From Antedon mediterranea (Eukaryota; Animalia; Echinodermata): a stretch of 64,000 bases of DNA. The stretch's first letter is position 1; each line of letters starts with the position of its first letter. Below, in pieces: positions 52,074 to 64,000 of this stretch. The DNA lies in assembly GCF_964355755.1 (NCBI RefSeq), contig NC_092673.1, positions 35,151,648 through 35,215,647 on the forward strand, in the 5' to 3' direction. The notes beneath the pieces were generated by a model. It saw only the letters and a list, made by a program, of their open reading frames with translations, had not been told where the DNA came from and made no database searches. The position numbers and the translations under genes were made by a program.

Positions 52074-52879
52074 AGTTTTAAAGCGTTACATACACTAAAA
52101 AAGCAAAATATTGAATTACAGAAAGAAGATAAAGAAAAAAAAAGAGGATGATGATGATTTCGTACAACCAGAAGCAGTTATCCTGCAACTTCGTTGCTAA
52201 TCATAATGTATGATTCGGCCTAGATTCCTGTTTACAAACAAAAGACATTATTAGAAATGGGAGAAGGGATGGGGGATAGGGTTAGTGTCCGATAGGCCTA
52301 CACATAATATGGCCTATTTGTGATGAATATGTAAGGATTAGACTAGTAGTAGTAGAGTAGGTGTATGTTGTGGAGCCAAGCTAGTAGGTATGTATAATTA
52401 AGGCCTTAATTAAAAAGCCCAACAATTACTGGTGGTGCGTGCGTCTATATATTATTAATGCAGTTTTAATTGTCACTTTTTAACTTTGATATTACTAGGC
52501 CCTAGGCCTAGGCTAGGTTAGCCTGGCCTAGCCTGCCTACTCTCCCTACCCCTCTAGCTAGCTAGGTCGAAATCCCACTAGGTCTAGACTAGGCCGCTAG
52601 TTAATTTAAGTATAGGAATAGGGTCTAGGCTAGCCTAGCTAGCTAGTAGTAGTAGTAGGCCTAAAAAAAGAGAAGTAGGCTAGGTAGGCTAGTAGTATAG
52701 TAGATAGCCTAGCCTAGTAGTAGGCTAGTAGGCTAGTAATGTATCATTAATAATAATGGTCATTTAAATAAGGAGGCTCATAATAGACCTTAAAACAAAA
52801 TCAAATTCCATTTGAAAGACATATGTAGGCCTACTTTAGCCCTAGGCCTAGTAACAAGAATACCGCCGATAGATACCGC

Positions 52880-53480
52880 ACACTATTTGCCCTATCTAGA
52901 ATTAATGACGTAATAACGGCGGTACGGTACGCACATGTGCGACGTGACGTCATGATAATGATTACTCAATTAAATAATTGTGAAAAGAATTTAATTAATA
53001 AAATACAGGTAATAAAAGGTACGTACAATAAATGATATAAGATATCATCATAAAACATCTAAGAATAAAAGATATTTGAACTAAACAGAATTAAAACTGT
53101 CCTAAAAACGCCGTGTTTTCGGAATTTTTTTAGGCAATCTAGCTAGCCTAAAAAAATAAAGGCCTACTCAGTACTGTATATTTATTATTTTTGTTTCAAT
53201 TGACATTGCTAACGTTATTGATCATGAAGTTCTCTGTTTAAATTTAATAAAATATAATAATTAAAATAATTTGTAAATTTTTATAATACAGTAAATTACA
53301 ATTTAAAAAATGATTGATATTACAGTAATTATAATTTTTATTAAAATTGTAAAAATGTGCATAGCGCCACCAATTTTCAATTAAGAACGCGCGAGTCCTA
53401 ATTTTTCTACATGGCGGCCATCTTGAAACCAAAACAGAAGAAGATAAAATACGGTCCGAAGATATTTTGTCTTCTGCTTC
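52880..53480. promoter_or_regulatory. Probable shared/divergent promoter region for MIGA (-) and NELF-B (+)
   Basis: Head-to-head genes with ATGs ~2 kb apart. CRE-like TGACGTAA (~52906) and TGACGTCA (~52945); overlapping opposite-strand YY1-like motifs ACATGGCGGCCATCTTG (~53409-53425). Putative NELF-B 5'UTR intron 53709-54078. Confidence 0.55.
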
Positions 53481-54099
53481 TTTAAACCTGCCTAATTGTA
53501 ATGTAAAGCTACAACTATATATATCAATCTACTATAGATTTTTTAGGGTTTCTAATGTTCGCTTTAGACAAATTTAAACCGGATTTTTTCTTTAATTTTC
53601 TTTGCAAGGCTCAACGAAAATCACCGACAGCTGGCTGTTACACAAATAATTCAAGCACCTTTTTGTCATGTGGACCGTGTAAGAATTTGAATATTTTTTG
53701 TATTGAAGGTAAGATTATTTTTCCTTGAAATATCTAGAAGACATCGCGTCGAAATAATACATCTCGATTAATTCTATCGGCAACAAATGTGAATAAATGT
53801 CAAAGACCGGTCTCACTGTAGCGACACGGCAGCCATATTTTGACTGTGTACTTTGCCGTTGTATAGAGGGCGCTATTTTAGAATAAATTAACCTAGATAG
53901 TCGAGACTTTCTCAACAAGTAAATAAAACAATATTTCCATTAACTTCACAATTTTAATTTTTTTTATTTTAATCAATTAATAATTAATTTAAAAAAATAT
54001 ATACCACACAATATTTTTGTGAGTGATTAACTTTTTACTATGCCATGGTTTGGAACTTTTAATAATTTTTTTTTATAGCTGTAATATTACGAAGATATT

Positions 54100-57042
54100 A
54101 TGTCAGGATTCGAAGAAGTTGGTATAGCAGGCAGTGATGAACTGCGGGAAGCTTTGACAAACTGTACAAACCCAGTGGAGGCTATCCAGAGCTTCCAGTC
54201 AGAAAATGGCATTCTTCTGCCATCACTTCACTATGCCCTTCCGCTCTTGGATCTTCATGGAATCAACCGGTTAGAATTCCACCAATCCATTATGGAGGAA
54301 CTCAGTGATAAATTGATAAGTCGGCTTCAGGAACTTGCGAGTAGTGATGAAAAAGATCGGTATAAAAAAATCGAAGACTTGTTGGCGAAAAGTTTTCCAC
54401 TTATTTCAATATCATCCGTGCAGCCGGTTGTGATGGCAATGATGAAGCACTTACCAGAAGTTCCAGAGAAATATTTGAACACTCTGGTTGAAAAACGAGA
54501 ATTGTACCAAGCCGCAGCTACAGAAGTCAAGAGACAGATTTGGCAAGAGAACTCATCTCTTTTTGGTGATGAAGTTTCACCGTTGTTGGCCGAGTACATA
54601 TCCGACAAAGAAAAAAGTCTGTTTGGTTACGAGCCAGGTAATTCACAGATGTTTTTTGTTATACCACCGAAAACGAGACGGCAAGGGCATGTTATACAGA
54701 CACTAACAAACATGGTTGGAAAGAACGTAAAACTATACGACAGAGTGCTACAATTTTTAAGGACGTTGTTTCTAAGAACTAAAAACGTGCATTATTGTAC
54801 GTTACGTGCAGAACTATTAATGTCGCTTCACGATCTAGAGGTTCATGAAATAACATCGCTTGACCCCTGTCACAAGTTCACGTGGTGCTTAGACGCGTGT
54901 ATAAGGGAGAAATTTGTGGACGAGAAAAGGGCGCGCGAGTTACAAACATTCCTTGATGGGATTAGACGAGGACAGGAGACGGTACTTGGGTAAGGACTTA
55001 ATAGTGTGCACTTTTTTTGTTCCTAAAAGCTTATAAAAATTTATGAAATATAGAAGATATTAGAAATGGCTACCGGTGACCAAAACACCATATTAAAAAC
55101 ACTTTGGTAATATGATGTAAGCTAGATTCACTACTGTATGGAATTAACACTTAATTCTGGCTACATTTATTTAACCCAATAACAAAAAATTAATTAAGAA
55201 TATACAGTATTTCTATCACTCTGTTTATTTTAAATGGTTTGAAATAAAAATACAGTAATGATACTCACTTTATTTCTTCAGGGACCTGTCGATGATTCTT
55301 TGCGATCCGTATGCAATTCACACGATAGCCAACAGTACTATCCGCACAATGCTGTCTTCCATAGCCAGTGACACCATACCAAGGGTAAAATCATTTACAA
55401 TGCATTTCAATGCTAAAAACAAGTGTTTGTAATTTTCTTTAACACACCTTTTTACAAATATTTTCATTTCAAGTTTTCAACGTTTATTTTCCTTAACAAA
55501 TACAGTACATACCAAAGAAATAAATTATGGTAAAAAAAAAATTGAATAAACAAAAAAAAGCAAAAGCATAAGATAGCAAGCCCCACCTGATTAAGTAACA
55601 CTAAATGATGTATTTACCATAAGTGACAATCCAACAAGTCAATTTTCCTAGTAGATCTCTTGCCTACCTTTGCTAGAACTAGTGTACAACTTTACAACAG
55701 TGCCAAATCAATTGTTTTTTATTTACCAGTTATGTATTGTACTCATGATTTTATATTCTTCAGGCAAGTCCTAACCTAGCACTACTTATGAGGATGTTAA
55801 CGTTAGGAGTGAAGGCTTGGAACATGATTGACAGTCAGGTGTTTAAGGAACCAAAAATGGTAATAATATGAATATAATGAGAAAATCAAAACAGTCCAGC
55901 AATAATACAGAGAGTAAATAATGTGAAATGAAGAAACATCTGAAATAATGTGAAAAAATTTGCCCTAGCCTGATTTTTTCTATCTAATTATCTACTGTAA
56001 AATTTTTTGCCAAATATTGTATTAGCTTGTATGTCATGTTTAATAATATCATCTCATTATTTTTGTTTTGTTTTTACCCCGTTATTCTAGGAACATGACG
56101 TGATATTAAAATTTCTTCCGTGCATTATGTCTCTAATTGTTGATGATCAAACACGATCATTAAATAAAAAACTAAATGAAACCGAAACGGATCCAAGTTT
56201 AAAACTATTACCAGAAATCATCAAAAAGACGACAAAAAAAGATCGTGTTGCAGCTACAGTGTGTTTGTACTATGTACAATATATCGCAAGACAGAAAAAC
56301 CGAGACGCGTTGTTACGAATTCTACCATTCCTTATACTCTTTGACGGCAGTTGTGCCTACCAGGACACGTTTCTCCATGCGTTTGTTGCAAAAATTATAC
56401 CGATGGTGGACGAGTTTGCTTCTGACGATTTCAACACGACCATATTTGATAAATTCTTAATGAAGAAAAAGAACCATGAGAACGTCAGTCGGCATGCAAT
56501 GCGATTGTTGACGTATATTCACCACAAACTGCCAACAACAAAGTTGGAAAAACTTATGAAAGACTTGGAACCACTACCAAAGGTAGGAGATCACGATTTG
56601 CGAGATCATGCCTTATGAGATCATGCCTTGCGCGATCATACTTTGTGAAATCATGCCTTACGAGATCACATTTTGCAAGATCATGCCTTATGAGATCATG
56701 CCTTATAACTTGCGAGGTTACTACTTGCAAGATTATCTTAGATCACGAAATATATTATAAAATCATGCCTTGTGAGATCAAACTTGGCAAAGATAAAGAA
56801 GCAGCTCAGACAACAAAATTCATTTAATTTATATGAAGTTCATTAGTTCTTGAGTTTCTTTTCTTTTACCAGAACCATAACAGCTTACTTATATCATTAT
56901 TATTTTGCAGAGTGGTCAGATTACAAAGGACATGTACTCAACTCTACAAGAAAAAATCAGCTCCTATAATCCAAGCCCTGTAGAGCAGGCCGAACCTCTA
57001 GATTCACCTCTGCTAAGTGTACCAACACCAGCTCCGCTTTGA
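54100..57042 (+). CDS. NELFB: Negative elongation factor B (COBRA1), 570 aa, 5 coding exons
   Basis: Exons 54100-54989, 55282-55384, 55764-55859, 56091-56582, 56911-57042 (1713 nt). Motifs LREALTNCT, FQSENGILLPSL, LPLLDLHG, HYCTLRAELLMSLHD, DPCHKFTWCLDACIRE, LGDLSMILCDP. Confidence 0.97.
56586..56782. repeat. Degenerate 15-bp repeat (GAGATCATGCCTTRY) immediately after a NELFB donor site
   Basis: ~10 imperfect copies. Confidence 0.75.
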
Positions 57043-57449
57043 ATCAACAGGCCTAACAAACTATATATATATGTATATATATTTCAACATTTCCATAAAT
57101 TAATAATAATATACTGATGTAATGCAATATTATGTACTGTGATTGCAGTTTGTTATAAACAAAAGAGATTCAGTATACTACTTATACTATTAATATTATG
57201 TCATAATGAAATTGAAACAAGTTATACAATTTTCAGATGCCTTGGCCTTTTTAGTGGGGTATGGAGAGGGATAGTTCAGTGAAGTTTCTTTTAAATCATG
57301 GTGTAGCTACACATATTATCTGAAATAAATAATTATTTGTTTTTAATGAAATAAAAACTAAAATTGTTTACTTTTTCTTTTATTAAAGTAAAATATGCGA
57401 CATTACATTTTATAAATATACCTGTCTGTCTCATTTAATTTACTCTGCG

Positions 57450-60400
57450 CTATTTCCTCTTGAATCTATCAAGTGCAGAAGTGTATGTGAATTCATGCTC
57501 TTTCTTGCGTTCCTTCTGTTTTGTGGATGCCTTCACCTTTTGCTGTAATGAAGATAACATGATAGAGATGGGTTACTTAAAAATGGAGGTACAAGCCAGC
57601 TGAGTAGATGCACCTGGACATTTGTGAGATTAACATGTTGTGGTTTAAAGAATAAAATGACATTACTTGCATCTGCTCTGATATGTGTGGTTTAAATGTG
57701 TGTTTGTGAAGGGCAAACATGTTAATAATTCATGACTTAATTTGTAGGCTTGAGAAAGTGTTCATGAGGGGCCTGGTATGATGTTTATAGATGTAATGTC
57801 AGAAAAGCTTATATTAAAAATCAAATACTAATTTTGATAGGTAAAGTACCTGTTAATCCACTTGCAAACTGACTGTAGGCTTCTGTTTTGTATGGGTTTT
57901 TTGCACTAAATGTTAATGAAAAACAGGCTTTAATCAAGAGTACTACTTACCCTAGTTAGCTCATCAGCAACTTTCTGTCTTCTGTGCTGCCGGTTTCCAG
58001 CGGAGCTTCTTCCTTTCAATTTATGTTTTGGTACAAATCCATGTGGCTTATCAAAACCCTACAAACACATTTAGAACAAAAGCAATCAGAGAGTTGCAAC
58101 CTCCGCCAGGAGTAAAAAGAGAAAAAGGATCAGGAATCCTGATAAATATCTATTTGTGGTTTCAATGTGATCTGTCTTACATGACATTATCCTACTAACA
58201 GACAAACACACACAAATATCTCAGACAAAAATATACTGTAATAATAATAGAGCATTTGTAATGTAGAAATGTTACTGTTACAACTCCTACCAAATATTCT
58301 TGTTTTTCTTTGAACTTTTGCTGCATAGTTATTTTATCCACTTGTCCTATTTTCCCTGGATCCAAACTGATCAATTCTGGTTGAATCTATGAAATATTGT
58401 AAATAAAGATTTTATTTTAAAGTTGTAGTACTTTATATTAAGAACATTGAGTGGGACTTCATTGATCTTGAGGTCGTGGGTTCGAGTCCCACCTGAGTAT
58501 AAAGTGTTCTCAATGTATAAAGTACAAATTATGTCAGAGTAGGGCAAACATCTGGCCAATTATCATTAGCATATAATCAACATTAAGTTTGGAGATGTTA
58601 TAATTGAATTACCTTTTCCAGTAATGCTTTCACTTCCCACTGTTGTCTCTGTCGTTTTGAATGGTATGGATTTGCTTCCAAGCTGTCAAAGTTAGGTTCA
58701 CCAGCACCTAGGTTTAAAACACAGGGTTACTTAACATTTATAAGATGAAAACATCTGGTAGAATAAAAAAATCTCCCAATTTATAGCAGCAAGACTCTTT
58801 TAATGGATTTGAAACATGGCTCAAGTCAGCACAAAAATTTGCACTATATTAATGCTGCTATTTTCAAAAGGGACTTAGCTTCTATTCAGGAATTAGCCGG
58901 TTTGCTTTGCTGTTTCGGAAGAAGTGAAACTTGGTTCCCACTATGACGAAATGCAAGGACGTAAACGCAACACAAGTAAGTTGAACAATAATAAGTGACA
59001 GTTGCTTGTGATTTGCATCTGAGTGAGAACCAAGCTTACCGGTAAATCTTATTTTAAGGTTTTCCACCCAGCTTCATTTCAACACACCACCCACCTTCAT
59101 TTCAACACACCACCCAGCTTCATTTCAACACACCACCCAGCTTCATTTCAACACACCACCCAGCTTCATTTCAACACACCACCCAGCTTCATTTCAACAC
59201 ACCACCCAGCTTCATTTCAACACACCACCCAGCTTCATTTCAACACACCACCCAGCTTCATTTCAACACACCACCCAGCTTCATTTCAACACACCACCCA
59301 CTCAAGAAACATCTACATCTTGTAGTATTTGCTGATTAGAAAAATCATACAATAATGTGTATAGAAGAAGGTTATTTACAAACCTACCTGGTATTAATAA
59401 ACTTGAAAAGCCTTTGGAGTGAGTTAGACCAAGAACATCTTCATAAGGACAGAACTTGAGATCACTAAGAGGCCATGTACATCGGTGTGTCATGTAAGCT
59501 TTTTCTACAGCAGTTGTGCAACAATCTTTATAAATCTGCCAAGATCACAAAATGTGGCATATGCAAGAGAAATCAGACATAAGTTGGAATTTTTAAAATT
59601 GAGATTTTTATAAATACTGAAACTACATATTCCAATATTTAAAATACTGAAGAAAAAAAATATTTTGATACCATGTCTAGTACTTCCAGAGATATCACAG
59701 TCTAAAATTTTGGAAATGACTAACAGGAAATGACATACAAAAAAAAAACACAGGGCGTTTACGCCTTCGCAAAGGGGTATTCTAATTGTTGTATTTCAAT
59801 AAAACTTCGCACCTTCGTTTATTATTTTTAGTTCTATTGAAACACTTTCAATTTATGCATAAAGCATGATAGGTTTTATGAAAATCATACACAATTTACA
59901 CCATTTTTTTAACCAACAGATGACACAAAGTTTTAACATTTATGTCTGATTTCGCTTGCATGTGCCACAAATATTAAAATGACAGATAAAAAATGTCAAA
60001 TAATCTAAGAGTCTGATGACTGTACCTCAACAACATTTCCAACAGCAGCAGCTAGAAGACCTCTTTGACTAAACGATAGCTCAGTGGCACCAAGACCAAT
60101 CTTGTAGGCTTGAAGTGGTTTATACGTTCTCACATCAAAAATCTTAAGAATTCGATCTTGCCCTGAAGTTGCCATATATCTGACAAAAGCAAAGACCAAT
60201 TATTTTGCACACAACTGTTATTCTTAATGTAATTCTACTTAACTACATTTTAATGTGGAGACAGCTCTGGCTATAGTTTTAACCAGAAACTAAAAATAGG
60301 CAAAATATATTTGTATCATTACCTATAAATGTATAATAATTACCTATTATATTCGCATACAGTAATATTATGCTTATTATTAATTCATTATGCCTATAAT

Positions 60401-63400
60401 TATACCATATCTCATGTTCTTAATAGCATGTGTGCGGGAACCTCCTGATGATATAGTGTATATATATTGCCAGCCTAGCCTATGTGCCACCAGAGACATT
60501 TAGCCTATTTTTCACTAGAGCCCCTTTCTCACAGAGCTGAGTGCCAGGAATATTGCGGGAATATACCATTACCATGCCGGTATGGTTTTCTGTGAGAACG
60601 GGTCGTCTTGGCATCATGCCGGCACCATGCCGGCATCGACATGACCTGCTTTAGACCTAGTAATATTCTAGGGATATTCCCCGCAATGCCAGACGGGCAT
60701 TCTGTGAGAACGTAACGCCGTTATATTCCGGGGTTCCCTGTCGAGGCTTCAGACACCTTGCGCGGTCAAGTGTATCACTTTGGCGCCGATTCAATTCAAT
60801 TGACAATAATAATGTCGAACTGGAGGGATAATGAGATAAGAGAGCTGCTTAAAATAAGGGGACAAGAAGAAATTTGTAGCATAATCTAGACTATAGCAGG
60901 CCTAGTAGGCCATATAGGCCTACCTGGTCCTAGCTCTTTTTGTTGGTGCCTAACTAGCCTGACCCTTCGTCGCCTTGTAAATTGTACAGCCTTCTAAGGT
61001 GTTTTACAGATTGCCGATGACGGCTAATTAATTGCTGTACCTGTATAATATATGCACAATATACTGTACATAGCATGTATTGCATAAATATGCTATAAAG
61101 GAAGATAATAATCTAGTGTAACTTAACATTCGCCGCCATATTATATCCCTAGACAAAAATAATAACAATAAAGGACGCCCTCAATAATTATTTTGTCAGA
61201 GACTTTTTATTGGCCGAATATGCCCGACTCCTTTCTCACAGAAAGCCGGTATATACCGGTTATATTTCCGGCACGATAGTCCGATGAGAATGGGTATATG
61301 CCGGTAACGATACCGGCACGACGCCAGCACTGTACCGGTATATTGCAGACACATCTGTGAGAAAGGGGCTTAGGTGAATTTGTTGGCGCAAATCAAAATC
61401 GTCAAACATGAATACGCATGCTTCTTATAAGCTGACACGAAAACAAGTTTTCCTATTGGAAAATCAGCTTAAGGGAGCCTTTAATTTGCAAAAAACCGAC
61501 GACCAAATGCCAACATATTAATTTATCGTGCGTGCATGCAGGGATATTGGGATGTTTTTCCTTACTCCCCATCGCAACACAGTTTTGATGGTTTATAGAT
61601 CTGAGTGACGACACATTGACCTGACATAATTAGGTTATTGGTCATTGCAAATTGAAAGCTTTCTATTTTCTGAGGTCAACTTACAGTCCTTTGGGATCTA
61701 TTGCAACTGATGTAACTGACGTAGGATGACAGATCATCTTCACAAGTGGCTCTTTTTCATTCGGACTCCACATTGTCACTGTTCCTGTAAATGCAAACAC
61801 TCATTTTACACTTCAAATTTTCTTTTCCTAACATTTATTTTTATTTATTTTTTATTACACCTTATTTATAGAGGGTGACCTTAAACAGCGTGTGCTGGCA
61901 TATCAAGGGCCCCCTTTGACACCAGGGTAATCTCTACTCGTCTCAAAAGATGTACTAGGTTTTTTACGTATATGCAGAAATCAAAATGTTTCCACTCTTT
62001 CCACATATGAGTGAACAGCTGCAATTTTCAATTCAAACATGTTTCTGAGTTTTCGATTCGCATGAATGCGTGATAACTCATTTTCTGAGTTTTGATTGAC
62101 TTAATTTCAGCAAAAATGGAAATTATAGTTTATTAGAGTTGTTCTACATTTTACAATGTTTTTCTGTTCATTAACAAAGGGAATGAAGTGAAAAAAGTCA
62201 CTGACCATTAGAATGTCCAAGATGAACTATTGCATTGTAGGGATTCTGTGCCATTACATTTAAACGACCACATTTTGTTTGATAAGCTGAAATCTCTTTG
62301 CCAACAGAAATATCCAAATACTTTAGGTAACCAACAGAACTCTAGAAAACAGATGCAAAATGGTTAAAGATTAACAATTTTCTTTAAAGGTATCTCTCTT
62401 ATATGTCTCAAACCTAAAGCCCTCAGTTGATACTATTTTTATTATTTTGTCAAATCTAAAGCTCTGCCTACACTATCAAACTAGTTTTGCCAAAAAAAAA
62501 GTGTAATGTGCCCAAATGATAGTAATATACCCAAATATGGTAGTGATGACATCATGTCCATATATGGGCACATTTTTTTGTCACATAAAGTTTGATAGTG
62601 TAGACAGAGCTTTATTCATACAGTATACTTCCTCGTAGTAAATTTCACTGACCTTTCTTGCCAAAATAAATAAAAAGAAAATGTTCTTTATCTTAATATT
62701 ATACAATTCCTTCCTTCTGAATGCTGCCACCACCACAACCCTTTGCCAACGGGTGTCATGAAACCTAAGATCACGAAAGCTAAGACCCCCTAAGACACCC
62801 CTTTGCCAACACTATTTGTCTATTCAGTTATTTCTCCTTTCATTTACTGTGTATTTTTATTAATTAACTTTCAAATGCCTTGTGTTTCACCTGTTGTCTC
62901 AGCTTAAGTGACATGTTTTCCTATAAATGCATCCTTCCATGTTAGACTATTTCATTTCAATTTCTAAGTTTTGATCTACTTGTTTTATTTTGTATATTAT
63001 GGAAAATAAATGAATGAACAGTACACCAGCATCATATCACAATATTTTCCTAATCTTACTTCACACACCATCATCCACTTTCTATTTATTCCAATTTTGT
63101 ATCAATACTACTTACCGTGGCGGCTAACAAGAAATGATAAGGCAGAAATTCCATTCTAAGTACATCATTGAATGTTTTAACACAGTGAAGTTCAGTGCCT
63201 TGATGATCATATATATACAACCACTTCTTTTGTGCCACAGCTAACATAGTCTCTAGATGTAACCATCTAAGTATAGAAGAATTGTAAACATATAATTTAT
63301 GAGTCTTTTTTTCCAACAAGAATTAACATATAGTGCGTTTGGCATTGGATATATACAACCATAAATACCACAAACACATATCACAATTACCATCCAGGAC

Positions 63401-64000
63401 CGCCAACCGGACAATTAAAATAAAAACTTACTGGACTTCGCGTATGGTTTCCATGACGTTAATTTCAAAAAGAAGTTTTTTTGTGACCCAATCTATTGAT
63501 GCCAAATGACCCTTCTGTCCACCAATCACAAGATGTCTACCATTACGAGTATAGTCAAGGCGATATGGTCCAAACTGATCCAATTTCAATTCAAAATACT
63601 GAAAACAAACATTAAAACAATTATACTATATATTTATTTTTAAATATTAAAGTATAACTGTTACACAAGGATTGTTATAAAATTCCTAGTTTTTTAAAAT
63701 ATACTTTGACATCCATCTAAAGCTTTGTCTACACTATCAAACTTTATGTGACAAAAAAATGTGATGTGCCCATAATAAATGGATACAATGACATTATATC
63801 ACTACCATATTTGGGCATTTAGTTTGATAGTGTAGAAAGAGCTTAACACAAACACTTTCTAATGGAGCATAATCTTTAAAAAAACTTTTTTGGATTTTCT
63901 TTATAATAATATTACCTTTTGTGCACTAGTAACATCTACGTTTCTTGCCAGTTCATGCTGACTGATTTTGGACGTCTCTTCACCTTCATCGGCTTCCAAA
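57450..64000 (-). CDS. WDR46: WD repeat protein 46 (UTP7/BING4), 5'-partial, 11 exons in window
   Basis: Exons >64000-63916, 63598-63432, 63266-63116, 62341-62206, 61784-61685, 60179-60026, 59535-59388, 58707-58613, 58386-58291, 58058-57951, 57542-57450 with consistent phases. Motifs [66 protein letters not shown]. Confidence 0.97.
58927..59038. mobile_element. Small hairpin-forming MITE
   Basis: AAACTTGGTTCCCACT / AGTGAGAACCAAGCTT imperfect TIRs. Confidence 0.65.
59064..59301. repeat. 23-bp minisatellite, ~10 copies
   Basis: CACCCAGCTTCATTTCAACACAC repeats. Confidence 0.94.
60519..61370 (+). mobile_element. Non-autonomous PIF/Harbinger element retaining the start of its Myb/SANT-like gene
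   Basis: 17-bp TIRs AGCCCCTTTCTCACAGA, 3-bp TSD TAG, internal TIR-like copies. Mini-ORF 60812-60889 reads [22 protein letters not shown]. Confidence 0.88.
62459..62612. mobile_element. MITE family copy (same family as 40755)
   Basis: AAGCTCTGCCTACACTATCAAACT...AGTTTGATAGTGTAGACAGAGCTT. Confidence 0.85.
63720..63844. mobile_element. MITE family copy (same family as 40755)
   Basis: AAGCTTTGTCTACACTATCAAACT...AGTTTGATAGTGTAGAAAGAGCTT. Confidence 0.85.

Noticed and set aside
58070-58225. Helentron/Helitron-like fragment (TCAGAGAGTTGCAACCTCCGCC)
   Set aside because: Resemblance is from memory only; the second terminus is missing.
58460-58500. tRNA T-arm GTGGGTTCGAGTCCCAC
   Set aside because: Isolated B-box stem without A box or acceptor stem; probably a SINE or tRNA fragment.
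58896-59043. Intronic pre-miRNA or snoRNA hairpin in WDR46
   Set aside because: The pairing is explained by MITE-like TIRs; no C/D or H/ACA boxes were found in convincing positions.

Overview
AT-rich, intron-containing animal genomic DNA. The gene and repeat types suggest a marine invertebrate deuterostome, probably an echinoderm (inference). It is not prokaryotic and has no CRISPR array. Five spliced genes were rebuilt by hand with GT-AG introns and consistent phases: (1) a ~2420-aa NLR immune receptor with tandem DED-like domains, NACHT and a single-exon array of ~13 shuffled four-LRR super-repeats (33-12627, +); (2) a FAM124-like gene with an extra N-terminal domain (32273-35889, +); (3) mitoguardin/MIGA (52073-42565, -); (4) NELF-B/COBRA1 (54100-57042, +); (5) WDR46/UTP7 (>64000-57450, -, 5' end outside the window). 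From 14.6 to 30.3 kb lies a transposon nest. A LINE sits in a 23-bp minisatellite and carries a second LINE and a full-length BEL/Pao element, which itself carries a solo LTR. A 1.46-kb templated copy of the BEL 3' end lies nearby, flanked by a 98-bp duplication. The rest holds 5'-truncated LINEs, SINEs, Harbinger/pogo-type MITEs, Penelope-like remnants with decayed hammerhead cores, and many young minisatellites, one multiplying a splice donor and one built from a SINE head. The best candidate for an undescribed system is the modular, recombining tandem-DED NLR. All coordinates were counted by eye and may be off by a few bases.
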